Below are positions 49,817-59,753 of a DNA stretch of 64,000 nt, in pieces. Numbering within the stretch: position 1 is the first letter of the stretch; each line of letters begins with the position of its first letter. Source of the DNA: Planctomycetota bacterium (lineage in GTDB: Bacteria > Planctomycetota > UBA1135 > UBA2386); contig CANMWZ010000002.1 in NCBI GenBank assembly GCA_947501605.1, positions 96,001-160,000 on the forward strand. Reading direction: 5' to 3'. The notes below the pieces were generated by a model. The model had not been told where the DNA came from, searched no databases, and worked only from the letters and a program-made list of their open reading frames with translations. Made by a program: the position numbers and the translations under genes.

Positions 49817-51721
49817 TCATTCGGCCGAGGCGCGGGGGCTGTGCGCTCGCATCTGGGCCACAAGTTCTTGGGTCAAGCGATCCGCAGTCTCGCGATCGCC
49901 GGCGGCCAACGCGGCCTGCAGCTGCTGCCGGAGACCCCGGGCCGAGGTCTTGGCCGAGGCCCGACGGCGGTCGTTGGTCAACATCTCGAAGAAGGCTGCC
50001 GGATCGCGAATTTCGTCGGCGCGCTTGATCGCCCTCGCCAGGACGGAACACAAACCGGGCTCCTCGGCGATCGCGCTGAAAACATGGCGCGCCACCTCGG
50101 CGCGGCCGGCGCGGCCTTGGGTGACGGCGTCGCGGAGGAAGCCGACCAGCCGCGCCACTTCTGCGGACTTGAGCACCTCAGCATCGAGTTGCCCGACCAG
50201 TTCAGGCATCTCGATGAGGACGGCCAGCAGGTCGCCCTCCGCCGCCAGAGCAGGCCGCGGCGCGCCCTTCTGCACGGCCCCAGGAGTCGTGGCGACCGCA
50301 GCAGGCGGCAACGACCGCGGATCGATGTTGGCGAGATCCAGGTCGCCGCTCCGGACCGTGGCGCCTTCGCCCTCGTCACCACGGACTGGCCGCTCGGTCT
50401 CCCGCTGAGGTCGCAGCTTCTGCAGCAGCCGCGCCAAGGTCTCCGCCGGTACCGCGAGATGTCGGGCCATCTCTTGGAGCAGAGCCCGGCGGCGCAGGTC
50501 GCTGTCGACGAGTCCAAGGAGCAGACCGCATTCACGCGCCGCCTTCTCGAGGTCGGTTGGCTGCGCAAAGTCGAGCCGCTTGCGCAGCAGACGGAACCAC
50601 GTCGACAGCGCGTCATCGGCACCGTCGAGCAAGTCCGCGAAGCGCGCGCGGCGCTCGATCACCAAGTCGGTGTCCTCGCCAGCGCGAGCGACAACATAGT
50701 CTGCTGGATCCTTGGCATCGGCCATCAGCGCGATCTTGACAGCGACCTGGCTGTTCACGAGTTCGCGCATAGCGCGCACTGCCGCCTGCTGGCCGGCTCG
50801 ATCCCCATCGAACAGCAGGACAACGCCGTCTTGGGCATAGCGTTCGAGCTTCTTGCTGTGCTCACCGGTGAAGGCAGTCCCGAGGGCCGCCACGGCACCG
50901 TAGAAACCAGCGAGGTGGCAGGCGATCACGTCGGTGTAGCCCTCCATCACGACAATGCGGCGGCAGCCCTGCTGCTTCACATGATGCAAGCCGTAGAGCA
51001 CGCGTCGCTTGCTGAAGAACGGCGACTCCGGTGAGTTGATGTACTTGGGCGGCTCGAAACCGTCGGCGCGCACCGGCGCCCCGGGCAACACGCGACCACC
51101 AAAGCCACACACACGACCGCGCTCATCTTCGATCGGGAACATCACGCGGCCGGCAAACGGCTCACTCCGTTCGCGCAACAGGCCGGCTTGCTCGAGGATT
51201 GCCATCGGCATTCGCCGCTGCGTTGCGAACTGGCGCAAGGCGTCGTAGCGCGCCGGCCAGTAGCCGATACCCCACGACTCCATCGCCGGGGCCAAGGCGC
51301 GCTGCTCGAGGTAGTCGCGGGCAACCTGGCCCTCTTTGGCGAACAGCTGCTGCTGCAACCACGACCGCACTTCCCCCAGCACTTGGTGCGGATCCGGGCC
51401 TCGCGTGCTGGCATCACCGCGACCGAACACCCCCTCCAGCGAGATCTGGGCGCGATCCGCCAGGGTCTCCATCGCCTCGCGGAAACTCAGTCCTTCCTGC
51501 TCCATCAAGAAGGTGAACACGTCACCGGACTTGCCGCATCCGAAGCAATAGAAGTGCTGGCTATCGGCGTAGACCGTGAACGACGGCGACTTCTCCTGAT
51601 GGAACGGACAAAGCGCCTGCAGCAGCCGGCCTCGCGGCTTCAGCGGCAGGTAGCCCTCCACCAAGGCGACCAGGTCAGTGGCCTCCTTGATCCGCAGCTT
51701 TGCTTCGTCGAATCGGTCCAT
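49817..51721 (-). CDS. dnaG: DNA primase
   Basis: CPFHQEKSPSF, CFGCG, PKYINSPES, EGYTDV, FDGDRAG. Confidence 0.97.
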   Translation of the reverse strand: MDRFDEAKLRIKEATDLVALVEGYLPLKPRGRLLQALCPFHQEKSPSFTVYADSQHFYCFGCGKSGDVFTFLMEQEGLSFREAMETLADRAQISLEGVFGRGDASTRGPDPHQVLGEVRSWLQQQLFAKEGQVARDYLEQRALAPAMESWGIGYWPARYDALRQFATQRRMPMAILEQAGLLRERSEPFAGRVMFPIEDERGRVCGFGGRVLPGAPVRADGFEPPKYINSPESPFFSKRRVLYGLHHVKQQGCRRIVVMEGYTDVIACHLAGFYGAVAALGTAFTGEHSKKLERYAQDGVVLLFDGDRAGQQAAVRAMRELVNSQVAVKIALMADAKDPADYVVARAGEDTDLVIERRARFADLLDGADDALSTWFRLLRKRLDFAQPTDLEKAARECGLLLGLVDSDLRRRALLQEMARHLAVPAETLARLLQKLRPQRETERPVRGDEGEGATVRSGDLDLANIDPRSLPPAAVATTPGAVQKGAPRPALAAEGDLLAVLIEMPELVGQLDAEVLKSAEVARLVGFLRDAVTQGRAGRAEVARHVFSAIAEEPGLCSVLARAIKRADEIRDPAAFFEMLTNDRRRASAKTSARGLRQQLQAALAAGDRETADRLTQELVAQMRAHSPRASAE

Positions 51722-51992
51722 CGGTCGCTAGGGGGAAGATCGGTGACCGCAAACACGGCGCTACGAAAGCGCCGGTAGCACCGTCACCAATCGAAGGGTA
51801 TCCCATTCCGAGACCTCACGTCCCGAATCGATACTCAAACCACCCCTACTGCTCTGACGCCCAGGTTGGCCGGAGAAGCCCGAAGAGTCGTGGTGGCTCG
51901 CTCACTTGGAGCGGTGCGCAAACCGATTGACCTGTGGGCCCGGACCGATGGATGGAGTACCGGGGGACGCGAACGCAGCGGGAAGGCGCGAA

Positions 51993-52020
51993 GTTCTAGC
52001 CCCCATCCGGGCTCTGTCAA
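51993..52020 (-). promoter_or_regulatory. Possible sigma70 promoter for dnaG-rpoD
   Basis: Minus strand TTGACA-N16-TAGAAC just after the rsmA stop; the -10 element is imperfect. Confidence 0.35.
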
Positions 52021-52022
52021 GG

Positions 52023-52913
52023 TCATGCGGGCCCGGCGGCGCGGACGGCGTGAAACAGCTCCACCATTTCGTCGGGGGCCAACGTTTCGGCCCGCCGCTG
52101 CAGGAACGACTCTGGCAGGTCTGGAAACCCACTCCCAATCGCCGCCGCCGCCTCAGTCACCGTGGTGCGCAGGACCTTCCGCCGCTTGCCAAAGAGCACG
52201 CGAACGAACTGCTGGAGGGCCCGCCGGTCGGCCGGCTGGAACCGGTCGGTGTCGGCGCGGCGCCGCAAGCGCACGATCGCGGAAGCTACCTTGGGTCGAG
52301 GCCGGAACACCTCCGCCCCCACGGTCCGCAGGCGTTCGACCGCATAGGCAGACTGCAGCAAGGCCGAGAGGCCACCGTAATCCTCACTCCCGGCCTTCGC
52401 CGCCAGGCGGTCGCCGAGTTCTCGCTGGACCAGGACGACGATCCGATCGGGAAGGCGCGGCAGGCAAAACAGCTCAGCCAGGAGAGGCCCGGAGGCGGCG
52501 TAGGGCAAGTTGCCGACGACTAGAAACTCCTCGCGATCGGTCAGAGCTTGGTCGAGGCGTGTCCGCACGACCTCGGGCAAGCTGCCGCCGGGGCCGCTGA
52601 GTGCGTCGGCAAGCACGATCTCGACGTTGCGAAAAGAGGCGAGGTCCTCGCTAGCCACGGCATGCAAACGCGAGTCGATTTCGACGCCGAGCACAAAGCC
52701 TGCGACCAGCGCCAGCTCGCGGGTGAGAAAGCCGAGCCCAACGCCGATCTCCAGCACGACATCGCGGTCGGAGCTCTCGGCAGCGCCTGCAATCACACGG
52801 TGCAGAGTGGGGTCGAGCAGGAAGTTCTGGCCACGCGTGCTACTGGGGCGGAAGCCAAGCGCGTCGAGGCGCTCGCGGTAGTTGGCGAAGGAATCGCGCG
52901 CCGAGTCGGTCAC
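52023..52913 (-). CDS. rsmA: 16S rRNA m6,6A dimethyltransferase (KsgA)
   Basis: GQNFL, VLEIGVGLG, VGNLPY, VQRE, FRPRPKVASA, RRAETL. Confidence 0.93.
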   Translation of the reverse strand: MTDSARDSFANYRERLDALGFRPSSTRGQNFLLDPTLHRVIAGAAESSDRDVVLEIGVGLGFLTRELALVAGFVLGVEIDSRLHAVASEDLASFRNVEIVLADALSGPGGSLPEVVRTRLDQALTDREEFLVVGNLPYAASGPLLAELFCLPRLPDRIVVLVQRELGDRLAAKAGSEDYGGLSALLQSAYAVERLRTVGAEVFRPRPKVASAIVRLRRRADTDRFQPADRRALQQFVRVLFGKRRKVLRTTVTEAAAAIGSGFPDLPESFLQRRAETLAPDEMVELFHAVRAAGPA

Positions 52914-53968
52914 GGCAGGCGTTCCTGCCATCGCGAGCGTGCCCGCGCCGAGATGGCGCACGCGGGCAGCGCCCTCGCGAGCACCGAGCCATGGCCTGGC
53001 CGACCACAGAATCGCTCCCACTGCAGCAGGTCGCCATCCTCGAACCGCAGCAACTCATCACCGATCGCCTCGATCAACTCGCGTGGCGTCGTGCACAGGC
53101 GAAAGCCGAGCGTGTCCCCGAAGTCCGTCGGCGAGCGAAAATCGGAACCATCATCGCGCGCACTCGCGAAGTGCGCACCGGTGACTTCGCGCGGCGCCCG
53201 GTCGCCGGCAGCGACGACGAGGAACAACGACGGGAACACCAACGGCACTGGCGCCCACAGAGAGAGTCCTGGCGACTGCGCGACCGCATCGTACGCGAGA
53301 GTCATCGCCGGTACGGGTTCGCGGTGGTCGATGTAGAACCACGACACGGGCACGGACTCGGTCCACTCCGCGACGTTGCCGATCAGATCGTAGGGCCCCT
53401 GTTGCGCGCGCCCGGACTCGAAGGTCCCTACTGGCAGCGGCGCAAACACGCCTAGATCGCTGGTGTTGGCGCGCGAGGCATCCGGCCGCGATCCCCACGG
53501 ATAGGCATCGCGACCATCCGTGGTACAGGCAAACCACCACTCATCTGCTCGCGGCAGCCGACAATGGCGCCAAGCCGCGAATGCTCGCGCGGTGCGCAAA
53601 TCGACGCGGGTGGCTGGATGCGCCGCCAACTCGCCGCCGACGACGGACGAGTTGGCGCCAGTCGTTGGACCGCGCGAGTTCCGTGCGAACTCGGCGAAAT
53701 CGCTGCGCGTCACCTCGAAGCGATCGAGAAAGAACGATCCGCCTTGCTCCGACCCGCGTTCGAACAGGACCAAATCACGCAGGGAGCCGAAGGGTCCGCG
53801 ACGCTTCAGCGACTCCGGCGAACGATCGCCGCTGCATGACGACAGCACGACAACACCAAGCATCAGGACGAGTCCTGCGGCCTGGTGCTGCCCGTGACGA
53901 ACCAGTCCGCGCCGCTCCCACCAGCCGTCGGCGCGCAGCGGCGCTTCCAGAGGAGTAGAGCGCGGCAC
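52910..53968 (-). CDS. FGE-sulfatase/CLec-fold membrane protein or lipoprotein
   Basis: FFLDRFEVT, RLPRADEW, YPWG, YDLIGNVAEWT, LGFR. Confidence 0.8.
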   Translation of the reverse strand: MPRSTPLEAPLRADGWWERRGLVRHGQHQAAGLVLMLGVVVLSSCSGDRSPESLKRRGPFGSLRDLVLFERGSEQGGSFFLDRFEVTRSDFAEFARNSRGPTTGANSSVVGGELAAHPATRVDLRTARAFAAWRHCRLPRADEWWFACTTDGRDAYPWGSRPDASRANTSDLGVFAPLPVGTFESGRAQQGPYDLIGNVAEWTESVPVSWFYIDHREPVPAMTLAYDAVAQSPGLSLWAPVPLVFPSLFLVVAAGDRAPREVTGAHFASARDDGSDFRSPTDFGDTLGFRLCTTPRELIEAIGDELLRFEDGDLLQWERFCGRPGHGSVLARALPACAISARARSRWQERLP

Positions 53969-53974
53969 CTTGGT

Positions 53975-54646
53975 TCACCTGTCGAGCATCAGAATCTCGA
54001 CCCTGCGGTTCTGCTGGCGTGCGTCTTCGGTGCTGCCCGTGATAGTCGGGCGGTACTCGCCGTAGCCACCGACGCCGACCTGGTCGGCAGCGAAGCCGCT
54101 CTGGACCAAGAAGTCCGCGACTGCCAAGGCGCGCTCGGCCGAGAGGCGCAGGTTTGTGCCCCACCGACTGTTCTTGATCGGCGTGTCATCCGTGTGGCCA
54201 TCGACGCGAACGCGCTTGCCCTCTTGCTTCAGGGTTGCGATCAGCTTGCCAAGCGTCTGCTTGCCTTGCTCGCTGATCTCGATGCGACCGGGAGCAAACA
54301 GCACCCCGCCAAGAACGCGGAACGCGAGGCCCTCGCTGGTGCGCACGAGCTCCACACCATCAACGGCACCCGTACCGCCACTCTGGTACTGGCTGAGCAG
54401 TTTGTCGAGCTTGTCCTTCTGCTCGCGAATCCAGTCGGCATCAGCGGCCTGCTTGCCGAGCCGATCGAGCTCGCCACGCAACCGCTCATTCTCAAGACTG
54501 ATGGCATGCTGCGCCGCCGTGAGCGACGCGATCTCGGCTTTCAGTGCCTGGTTGGCGCCCAGCGCGCGCCGGTGCTCCTCCGGGCTGACGCAGGCGGCCA
54601 TCGTGAACATCGCTGCAAGTGCCAAGGTGCTTCTCATCGTCAGCAT
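53975..54646 (-). CDS. OmpA/MotB-family lipoprotein with coiled coil
   Basis: Lipobox MAAC, VDGHTDDTPI, NLRLSAERA, NRRVEI. Confidence 0.9.
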   Translation of the reverse strand: MLTMRSTLALAAMFTMAACVSPEEHRRALGANQALKAEIASLTAAQHAISLENERLRGELDRLGKQAADADWIREQKDKLDKLLSQYQSGGTGAVDGVELVRTSEGLAFRVLGGVLFAPGRIEISEQGKQTLGKLIATLKQEGKRVRVDGHTDDTPIKNSRWGTNLRLSAERALAVADFLVQSGFAADQVGVGGYGEYRPTITGSTEDARQQNRRVEILMLDR

Positions 54647-54863
54647 GGTCCCCTCCGGGGCCGTGGTAATCGTTCTCATCCGCGTGCCACTCAGCAGCCG
54701 ACCGGTGGCGGCGAGCGCAGGACGCAAACTAGCAACGACGCACGGCGATTGCCACAGCGAGGGCAGTAGCGACGGGCTCAACTAGGGACCTGTACATGCA
54801 AACGCGCGGACCAAGGGCCCGCGCGCCGCTCGAGTGCGAAGGTCGCAGCCGCGACCGCCGCGA

Positions 54864-55370
54864 TCAGCCGTTCTTCTTTTCGGCGAAGACCGACGTGTGG
54901 CCGCTTCCGGCCGGATCCACTTCCTGCGCGATCGAACGCGTGAGGAAGAAGCCCCAGATCATGACCAAGCAGCCGAGGATCCCGACCGCGGTGACCCAGC
55001 CCGGCTCCTTCTCATTCGCCGCGCCGGCCATCGCAGGAACGCGGGCTGACGGGGAACGGGCAACGCGCTTCTGCGCACGCGGCTCGTCGTCGACATCCGC
55101 CGACTCGGCCAGCAGCGTGTCCTCGCTGGACAATTGCTCCGTCACCATGCCGGTGTCGTCTTCCAGCGAATCGGCAAACGTCAGCTCCTCTTCGCCCTTG
55201 CTCTTCGACAGCAGCGTCTCGACATCTGCACGACGGAACCTCATCGAGTCCGGGCCGTCGCGGAACGCGCGGATCTCGCCCTCGGAGACCAACTTGCGCA
55301 GCTCTTCGCTACGCAGCTTGAGGTCGCGCAGGGCCTTCTCAAAGGAAATGAAATCGTCTTTCTCGGACAC
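54864..55370 (-). CDS. Excisionase-type HTH protein with acidic linker and C-terminal TM helix
   Basis: ISFEKAL..L...EELRKLVSEGEIRAFRDG...RFRRADV, followed by a TM segment. Confidence 0.7.
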   Translation of the reverse strand: MSEKDDFISFEKALRDLKLRSEELRKLVSEGEIRAFRDGPDSMRFRRADVETLLSKSKGEEELTFADSLEDDTGMVTEQLSSEDTLLAESADVDDEPRAQKRVARSPSARVPAMAGAANEKEPGWVTAVGILGCLVMIWGFFLTRSIAQEVDPAGSGHTSVFAEKKNG

Positions 55371-55483
55371 GGCTGGGTTCCTTGGATTGGGAGGGGTCTA
55401 CAGAGGGTACGTGTTGCCAGCCATCGGGTTGGGCCAGCAGCGAGATCTTCGAAGTCTACCGCCGATCGGCGCCGCGTCGAGCC

Positions 55484-55975
55484 CTACTTCTTTGGCCCGG
55501 TGCCGGTTTCAAGCCCGGTCGTCACGTCAGGGTCCCTGGCACCGCGGTTGTCGAACACAGCCCGCAGCTTGCGGTAGTCGTACTCGCTGCGGTCGTTGTA
55601 GCCCTCGAGCATCAGGTCGAGGTCGAGTTTGCGCGCACCGACGAGCACAAGGCGGCGCTGCTCGGCACTGCCGCCGCGCCCTTCGTAGACGGCCATTTGA
55701 CGGTTGACCGTGTCGATCAGATAGAGCACCGAGGTGCCAACCCCGTAGCTACCCGTGACCGCCAAGAAACCGTTGTTGCTGGAGGCTTGGCCGCTGTCGT
55801 CTGGGTAGACGATCGGTGCGGTGGCGCTCGGCGGCGGCGTCACCGGCTCCACCGGCGGAGGGTTGGTGGGGCCGCGCCCCTGCGCGGAAAGCGTGGTGGG
55901 CCGCAGCAACTGCCCTACGAGAAAGCTGCCACCCATCAGGAGGCCAAGGACCAAAGTGTTCTGCCAGTGCTTCAT
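55484..55975 (-). CDS. Exported hypothetical protein
   Basis: Signal peptide, Pro-rich linker, VLYLIDT beta region. Confidence 0.7.
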   Translation of the reverse strand: MKHWQNTLVLGLLMGGSFLVGQLLRPTTLSAQGRGPTNPPPVEPVTPPPSATAPIVYPDDSGQASSNNGFLAVTGSYGVGTSVLYLIDTVNRQMAVYEGRGGSAEQRRLVLVGARKLDLDLMLEGYNDRSEYDYRKLRAVFDNRGARDPDVTTGLETGTGPKK

Positions 55976-56070
55976 GCGGGAACTACTTGCGGCATTGCCG
56001 CGGCGAGGCCTGCAGCATGCCCCACGCCGACGGCATGCTCAAGGCCCGGTGCCGGCCCACCTACCATCCT

Positions 56071-57537
56071 TCAGGGTTTCTGGGCGCGCGGCAGGTGCAT
56101 CACGACCGTGAACCCGCGCCCGAGGCTGCTATCGACCACCATGGTGCCGCCGTGGTTTCGCACAATCGAGTAACTGATGAACATGCCGAGACCGCTGGCA
56201 TCTGGTCGCTCCTTCCGCGTGAAGAACGGATCCATGACGCGGCCGAGGTCCGCCGGGTCCATGCCGGGACCGTCGTCGACGATGTCGAGCCTCACCATTT
56301 CCCCTTCCACGGCGCCGCGGACGGCGATCGTTCCTGCGCGACCCCGCTCCTCGAACGCATCGAGCGAGTTCAAGAACAGGTTCAACACGACCTGCTGAAT
56401 CTCATGCGGGTCGCCGATCGCTTCCGGGAGCTCCAAGACGCCATCGACTCGCATCACGACGCCAAGCCGTTGCATTCGGTGGTCACACAGCGACCGCGCG
56501 CCTTCGATGCACCCGCGCAGAAAGAACGGTCGGGCAGCAACCTGCTTGGGCGAGAAGTCGAGCACCTTGCGCGCGGTCCGCGCCACGCGCTGCAGGCCGT
56601 CCTGCAACAACTGGAGGTACTGCACCTGCTTGTCGGTGAGCTTCTGATCGGCGAGCAATCGCACGACCGCGTTTTGCATTCCACCGATCGGATTGTTGAT
56701 CTCGTGCGCAATTCCCGCGGCAAGTGTGCCGACGGTTGCAAGGCGAGAACTCTGCACCAGTGCCCGCTCCGTGCGCTTGGCCTCTTCGACCGCGCTGCGA
56801 ACTGCAGCCTCGAGGTGCGCCGTGTTGTCCTGCACCTTGGCGGCCATCGCATTGAACGACTGCACGAGCGCAGCAAGTTCTGGCGCCCCCACAAACGTCG
56901 GCAGCCGGACTTCGTAGGAACCGGCGCCAACTCGTTCGGCAGCGACACCGATGCGTTGCAATGGTCGGCCAATGGTCCGCACGACGATCGGGTAGAGGAC
57001 GAGGCCAAACAGCAGCGAGCTGCCGAGTGCGGTCGCGAGCAAGAACCACCACGGCACCGACGGCGACTCGATGTCGAGACGCGGCACGAACCAGAGGTAG
57101 CCGGCGACCCGTTCCTCCGTACGAACAGCTGCACAGTAGCCGCCGGCAACTTGCACGAGGCCATAGTGCGCGCGGGCTCGCTGCATTCCGTCCAGCACGT
57201 CGGCGAGTGCAAAGCGATCAGGATCGCGATGGACCGCCCCACGAGGGTTGAGGTAGACGAGGCCGGATAATGGCGGGCGCCCGGACGTGACCACCACGTC
57301 CTCGAAGTACTCGCGAATAAGCGGACTCTGAACCAGAGCCCGCGCTTGCGTATCGTCACCCAAGCGCTCCGCCGAGTAGACATCGAGGAGGTAGGGCACG
57401 AGCGCCGCCGCGAGGTTCTCGCCCTGCTGCCGTCGGATCCACTCCTGCTGCAGGGCGAACAGTGCGGTCTGCACGCCGCCGACGACGAGCAGGTTCAACA
57501 GCAGCACCACCGCGAGCAAGCGGACGGCCAGCGACAT
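56071..57537 (-). CDS. HAMP-domain sensor histidine kinase
   Basis: AGIAHEINNP, NLFLNS, DDGPGM, DPFFT, GLGMFI. Confidence 0.93.
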   Translation of the reverse strand: MSLAVRLLAVVLLLNLLVVGGVQTALFALQQEWIRRQQGENLAAALVPYLLDVYSAERLGDDTQARALVQSPLIREYFEDVVVTSGRPPLSGLVYLNPRGAVHRDPDRFALADVLDGMQRARAHYGLVQVAGGYCAAVRTEERVAGYLWFVPRLDIESPSVPWWFLLATALGSSLLFGLVLYPIVVRTIGRPLQRIGVAAERVGAGSYEVRLPTFVGAPELAALVQSFNAMAAKVQDNTAHLEAAVRSAVEEAKRTERALVQSSRLATVGTLAAGIAHEINNPIGGMQNAVVRLLADQKLTDKQVQYLQLLQDGLQRVARTARKVLDFSPKQVAARPFFLRGCIEGARSLCDHRMQRLGVVMRVDGVLELPEAIGDPHEIQQVVLNLFLNSLDAFEERGRAGTIAVRGAVEGEMVRLDIVDDGPGMDPADLGRVMDPFFTRKERPDASGLGMFISYSIVRNHGGTMVVDSSLGRGFTVVMHLPRAQKP

Positions 57538-57543
57538 GCGACT

Positions 57544-58695
57544 CTACCGGCCTCGGTTCAGCGACTGCATCATCGTCAGCAGCGGCGTGAACAGTGCGAA
57601 CACGATGAACCCAACGATCACCGCCATCACCACCAGCATCACCGGCTCGATGACCTTGAACGTCGTCTCGACCGTGCGATCGACCTCGATCTCGTAGCGG
57701 TCGGCGATCTTGACGAGCATCCGGTCGAGTTCGCCAGTCTGCTCGCCGACATCGACCATGTTGACGACGATGTCGTCGAACATGTGGCTCTCGCCCATAG
57801 GGATCGCAATGCCGGCGCCTTCACGGATCGAGTCGTGAATGCCCTGCACGGCATCCTGCATGTGCATGTTGGCGGACGACGCGTGCAGGATGTCGAGGGC
57901 CTCGAGGTGCGGCACGCCACTCTGGATCAGGGTGCCGAAAGTACGCGCGAACCTGGCCACCAGATTCTTGTGCACCAGGGGGCCGAACAGCGGCATGCGC
58001 AGCGAGAGCCGGTGCATGACGCGGCGATAGCCAGTGGCCTTGGTCATCAGCAGCTTGTGCAGGAACCAAGTGAGCACCACGGCCAACATGTAGACCCACC
58101 AGAAGACTTCGAGGTGCTCGCCAATGCCGATCACGACTTGGGTCGCCCACGGAAAACTCGCGACGCCGCCGCCAATGGACTGGAACACGCTCTTGAAGCG
58201 CGGAATCACGAAGGCGAAAACGAAGAGCAGCACGCCTGCCGCAATGACGAAGATCATCGCCGGATACGCCAGCGCGCCCTTCACCCGCGCCTTGATCGAC
58301 TCACTCTTCTCGAGGAAGCTCGCGAGGCGGTTCAGGATCTCCTCCTGCACGCCGCCCGCTTCGCCAGCCCGCACCATGTTGGTGTAGAGCGCGTCGAACG
58401 TATTGCCGAACTTGGCCATCGATTCGGACAATGGCGTGCCGGCCTCGACGTCTTCGACCAGGCTCCTGCTGATCCGCTTCATCGGACCCTGCGGCAACTG
58501 TCCCTCGAGGATGCGCAGACAACGCGTCACCGGGATGCCGGCATTGAGCAACACCGCCAACTGGTTGGTGAACTCCGCCAACGAGCGAGCGCCGACGCGC
58601 ACGCGCGGCGACAGCGAACGGCCCTCGCCATCCTTGATGGTCACGGCCGTCGTGGCTTTGGGAACGGGGAGCTTGCGCTGCAGCTTCTTGGGCAT
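57544..58695 (-). CDS. pilC: Type II secretion system F / type IV pilus platform protein
   Basis: LAVLLNAGIP, MVRAGEAGG, ALAYP, MVDVGEQTGELD, IEP. Confidence 0.88.
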   Translation of the reverse strand: MPKKLQRKLPVPKATTAVTIKDGEGRSLSPRVRVGARSLAEFTNQLAVLLNAGIPVTRCLRILEGQLPQGPMKRISRSLVEDVEAGTPLSESMAKFGNTFDALYTNMVRAGEAGGVQEEILNRLASFLEKSESIKARVKGALAYPAMIFVIAAGVLLFVFAFVIPRFKSVFQSIGGGVASFPWATQVVIGIGEHLEVFWWVYMLAVVLTWFLHKLLMTKATGYRRVMHRLSLRMPLFGPLVHKNLVARFARTFGTLIQSGVPHLEALDILHASSANMHMQDAVQGIHDSIREGAGIAIPMGESHMFDDIVVNMVDVGEQTGELDRMLVKIADRYEIEVDRTVETTFKVIEPVMLVVMAVIVGFIVFALFTPLLTMMQSLNRGR

Positions 58696-58853
58696 CGGCG
58701 GGCGAACCTGTCGGGTAGGGGCGCGCGGCGCCTCGCGCCGCGAACGATCATCGTTGCGCGAGAAGGGGCCAAGGGCAACCATGCCGGCGGAGCGAACTCA
58801 CATCGGCAGGAACCGTCGCAGCACGCCGCCCGGCCATGGCACGGATTCCGCCA

Positions 58854-59753
58854 TCAGAGCGACACGAACAAGTGCGCCAGCAAGTCGATGCCGAATACGG
58901 ACCGCAGGACCGCCAGCAGCATGAGGACGAAGGCCAAGGCGAGAACCAACCACGGCCACCGGGACGGTCCAAGACGCGTGCCCCGATGGAGTGCGTTGAG
59001 ACGCGTCACCTCCTCGCCCGACAACTCCACGTCAACGGGCAGCGAGTCCGCTGGCGCCGCCACGACGTCGACCACCAGAGCCGTGCCGTTGTCGGGACCG
59101 CCAGCGGCCAGTGCCGCGGCGACGAGCCCCTCGGCGGCCGCTACCGCTGGGCGCTGACTGAGCAACTCGCGAACCTTGAGGTCGTCGACCACGCCCCAGA
59201 TTCCGTCGCTGCACAAGAGCAATCGGTCGCCGTCCAGCAACGCCAGTTCGATCAGGTCCGGGTCCTGCGGCGGCTGACCGCCACCGATACAGCGCAGCAG
59301 CCGATTGCGCTGATCCTGCATCGCATGGTCGGTGGTCAACCGTTCGAGCCGACCCAGGCGAAGCAGGTAGGCACGGCTGTCCCCGACATGGCCGATGACC
59401 GCCGTGTCGCGGGCACACGCGAGAGCTGTCAGCGTCGTGCCCATCTCATGCAGGGCCGGAACCAACCTGGCCTGCTCGGCAACGCGCTCGCTGGCACCCG
59501 CGAAGCCGCTCCGCACGGCCGCGGCGAGGTCGACATCTGCCGCCGACAGCAGTCCAGCAGCTAGGCCACGCAGCCCGCTGCGGCTCGCCTCTGTACCGCC
59601 GGCGACACCGCCCATTCCATCTGCCACCGCCGCCAGCAACAACACGGGCCGCGCGCCGGGAGGCGCCACGAGCAGATAGTCGTCTTCGTTGGCCGTGCGC
59701 ACGAGACCAGTGTGCGTCGCGACGCCGACGCGAAAGCGAGCTGGGACCTTCAC
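58854..59753 (-). CDS. PP2C-family Ser/Thr phosphatase with C-terminal TM helix
   Basis: GLVRTANED, VADGMGG, MGTT, HVGDSRAY, LCSDG, GGPDN. Confidence 0.93.
   Translation of the reverse strand: MKVPARFRVGVATHTGLVRTANEDDYLLVAPPGARPVLLLAAVADGMGGVAGGTEASRSGLRGLAAGLLSAADVDLAAAVRSGFAGASERVAEQARLVPALHEMGTTLTALACARDTAVIGHVGDSRAYLLRLGRLERLTTDHAMQDQRNRLLRCIGGGQPPQDPDLIELALLDGDRLLLCSDGIWGVVDDLKVRELLSQRPAVAAAEGLVAAALAAGGPDNGTALVVDVVAAPADSLPVDVELSGEEVTRLNALHRGTRLGPSRWPWLVLALAFVLMLLAVLRSVFGIDLLAHLFVSL

Noticed and set aside
52910..53200. Second FGE gene as a DGR target
   Set aside because: It lacks the canonical RGGSW...R...GFR terminal layout, continues well past GFR and is coupled to rsmA.
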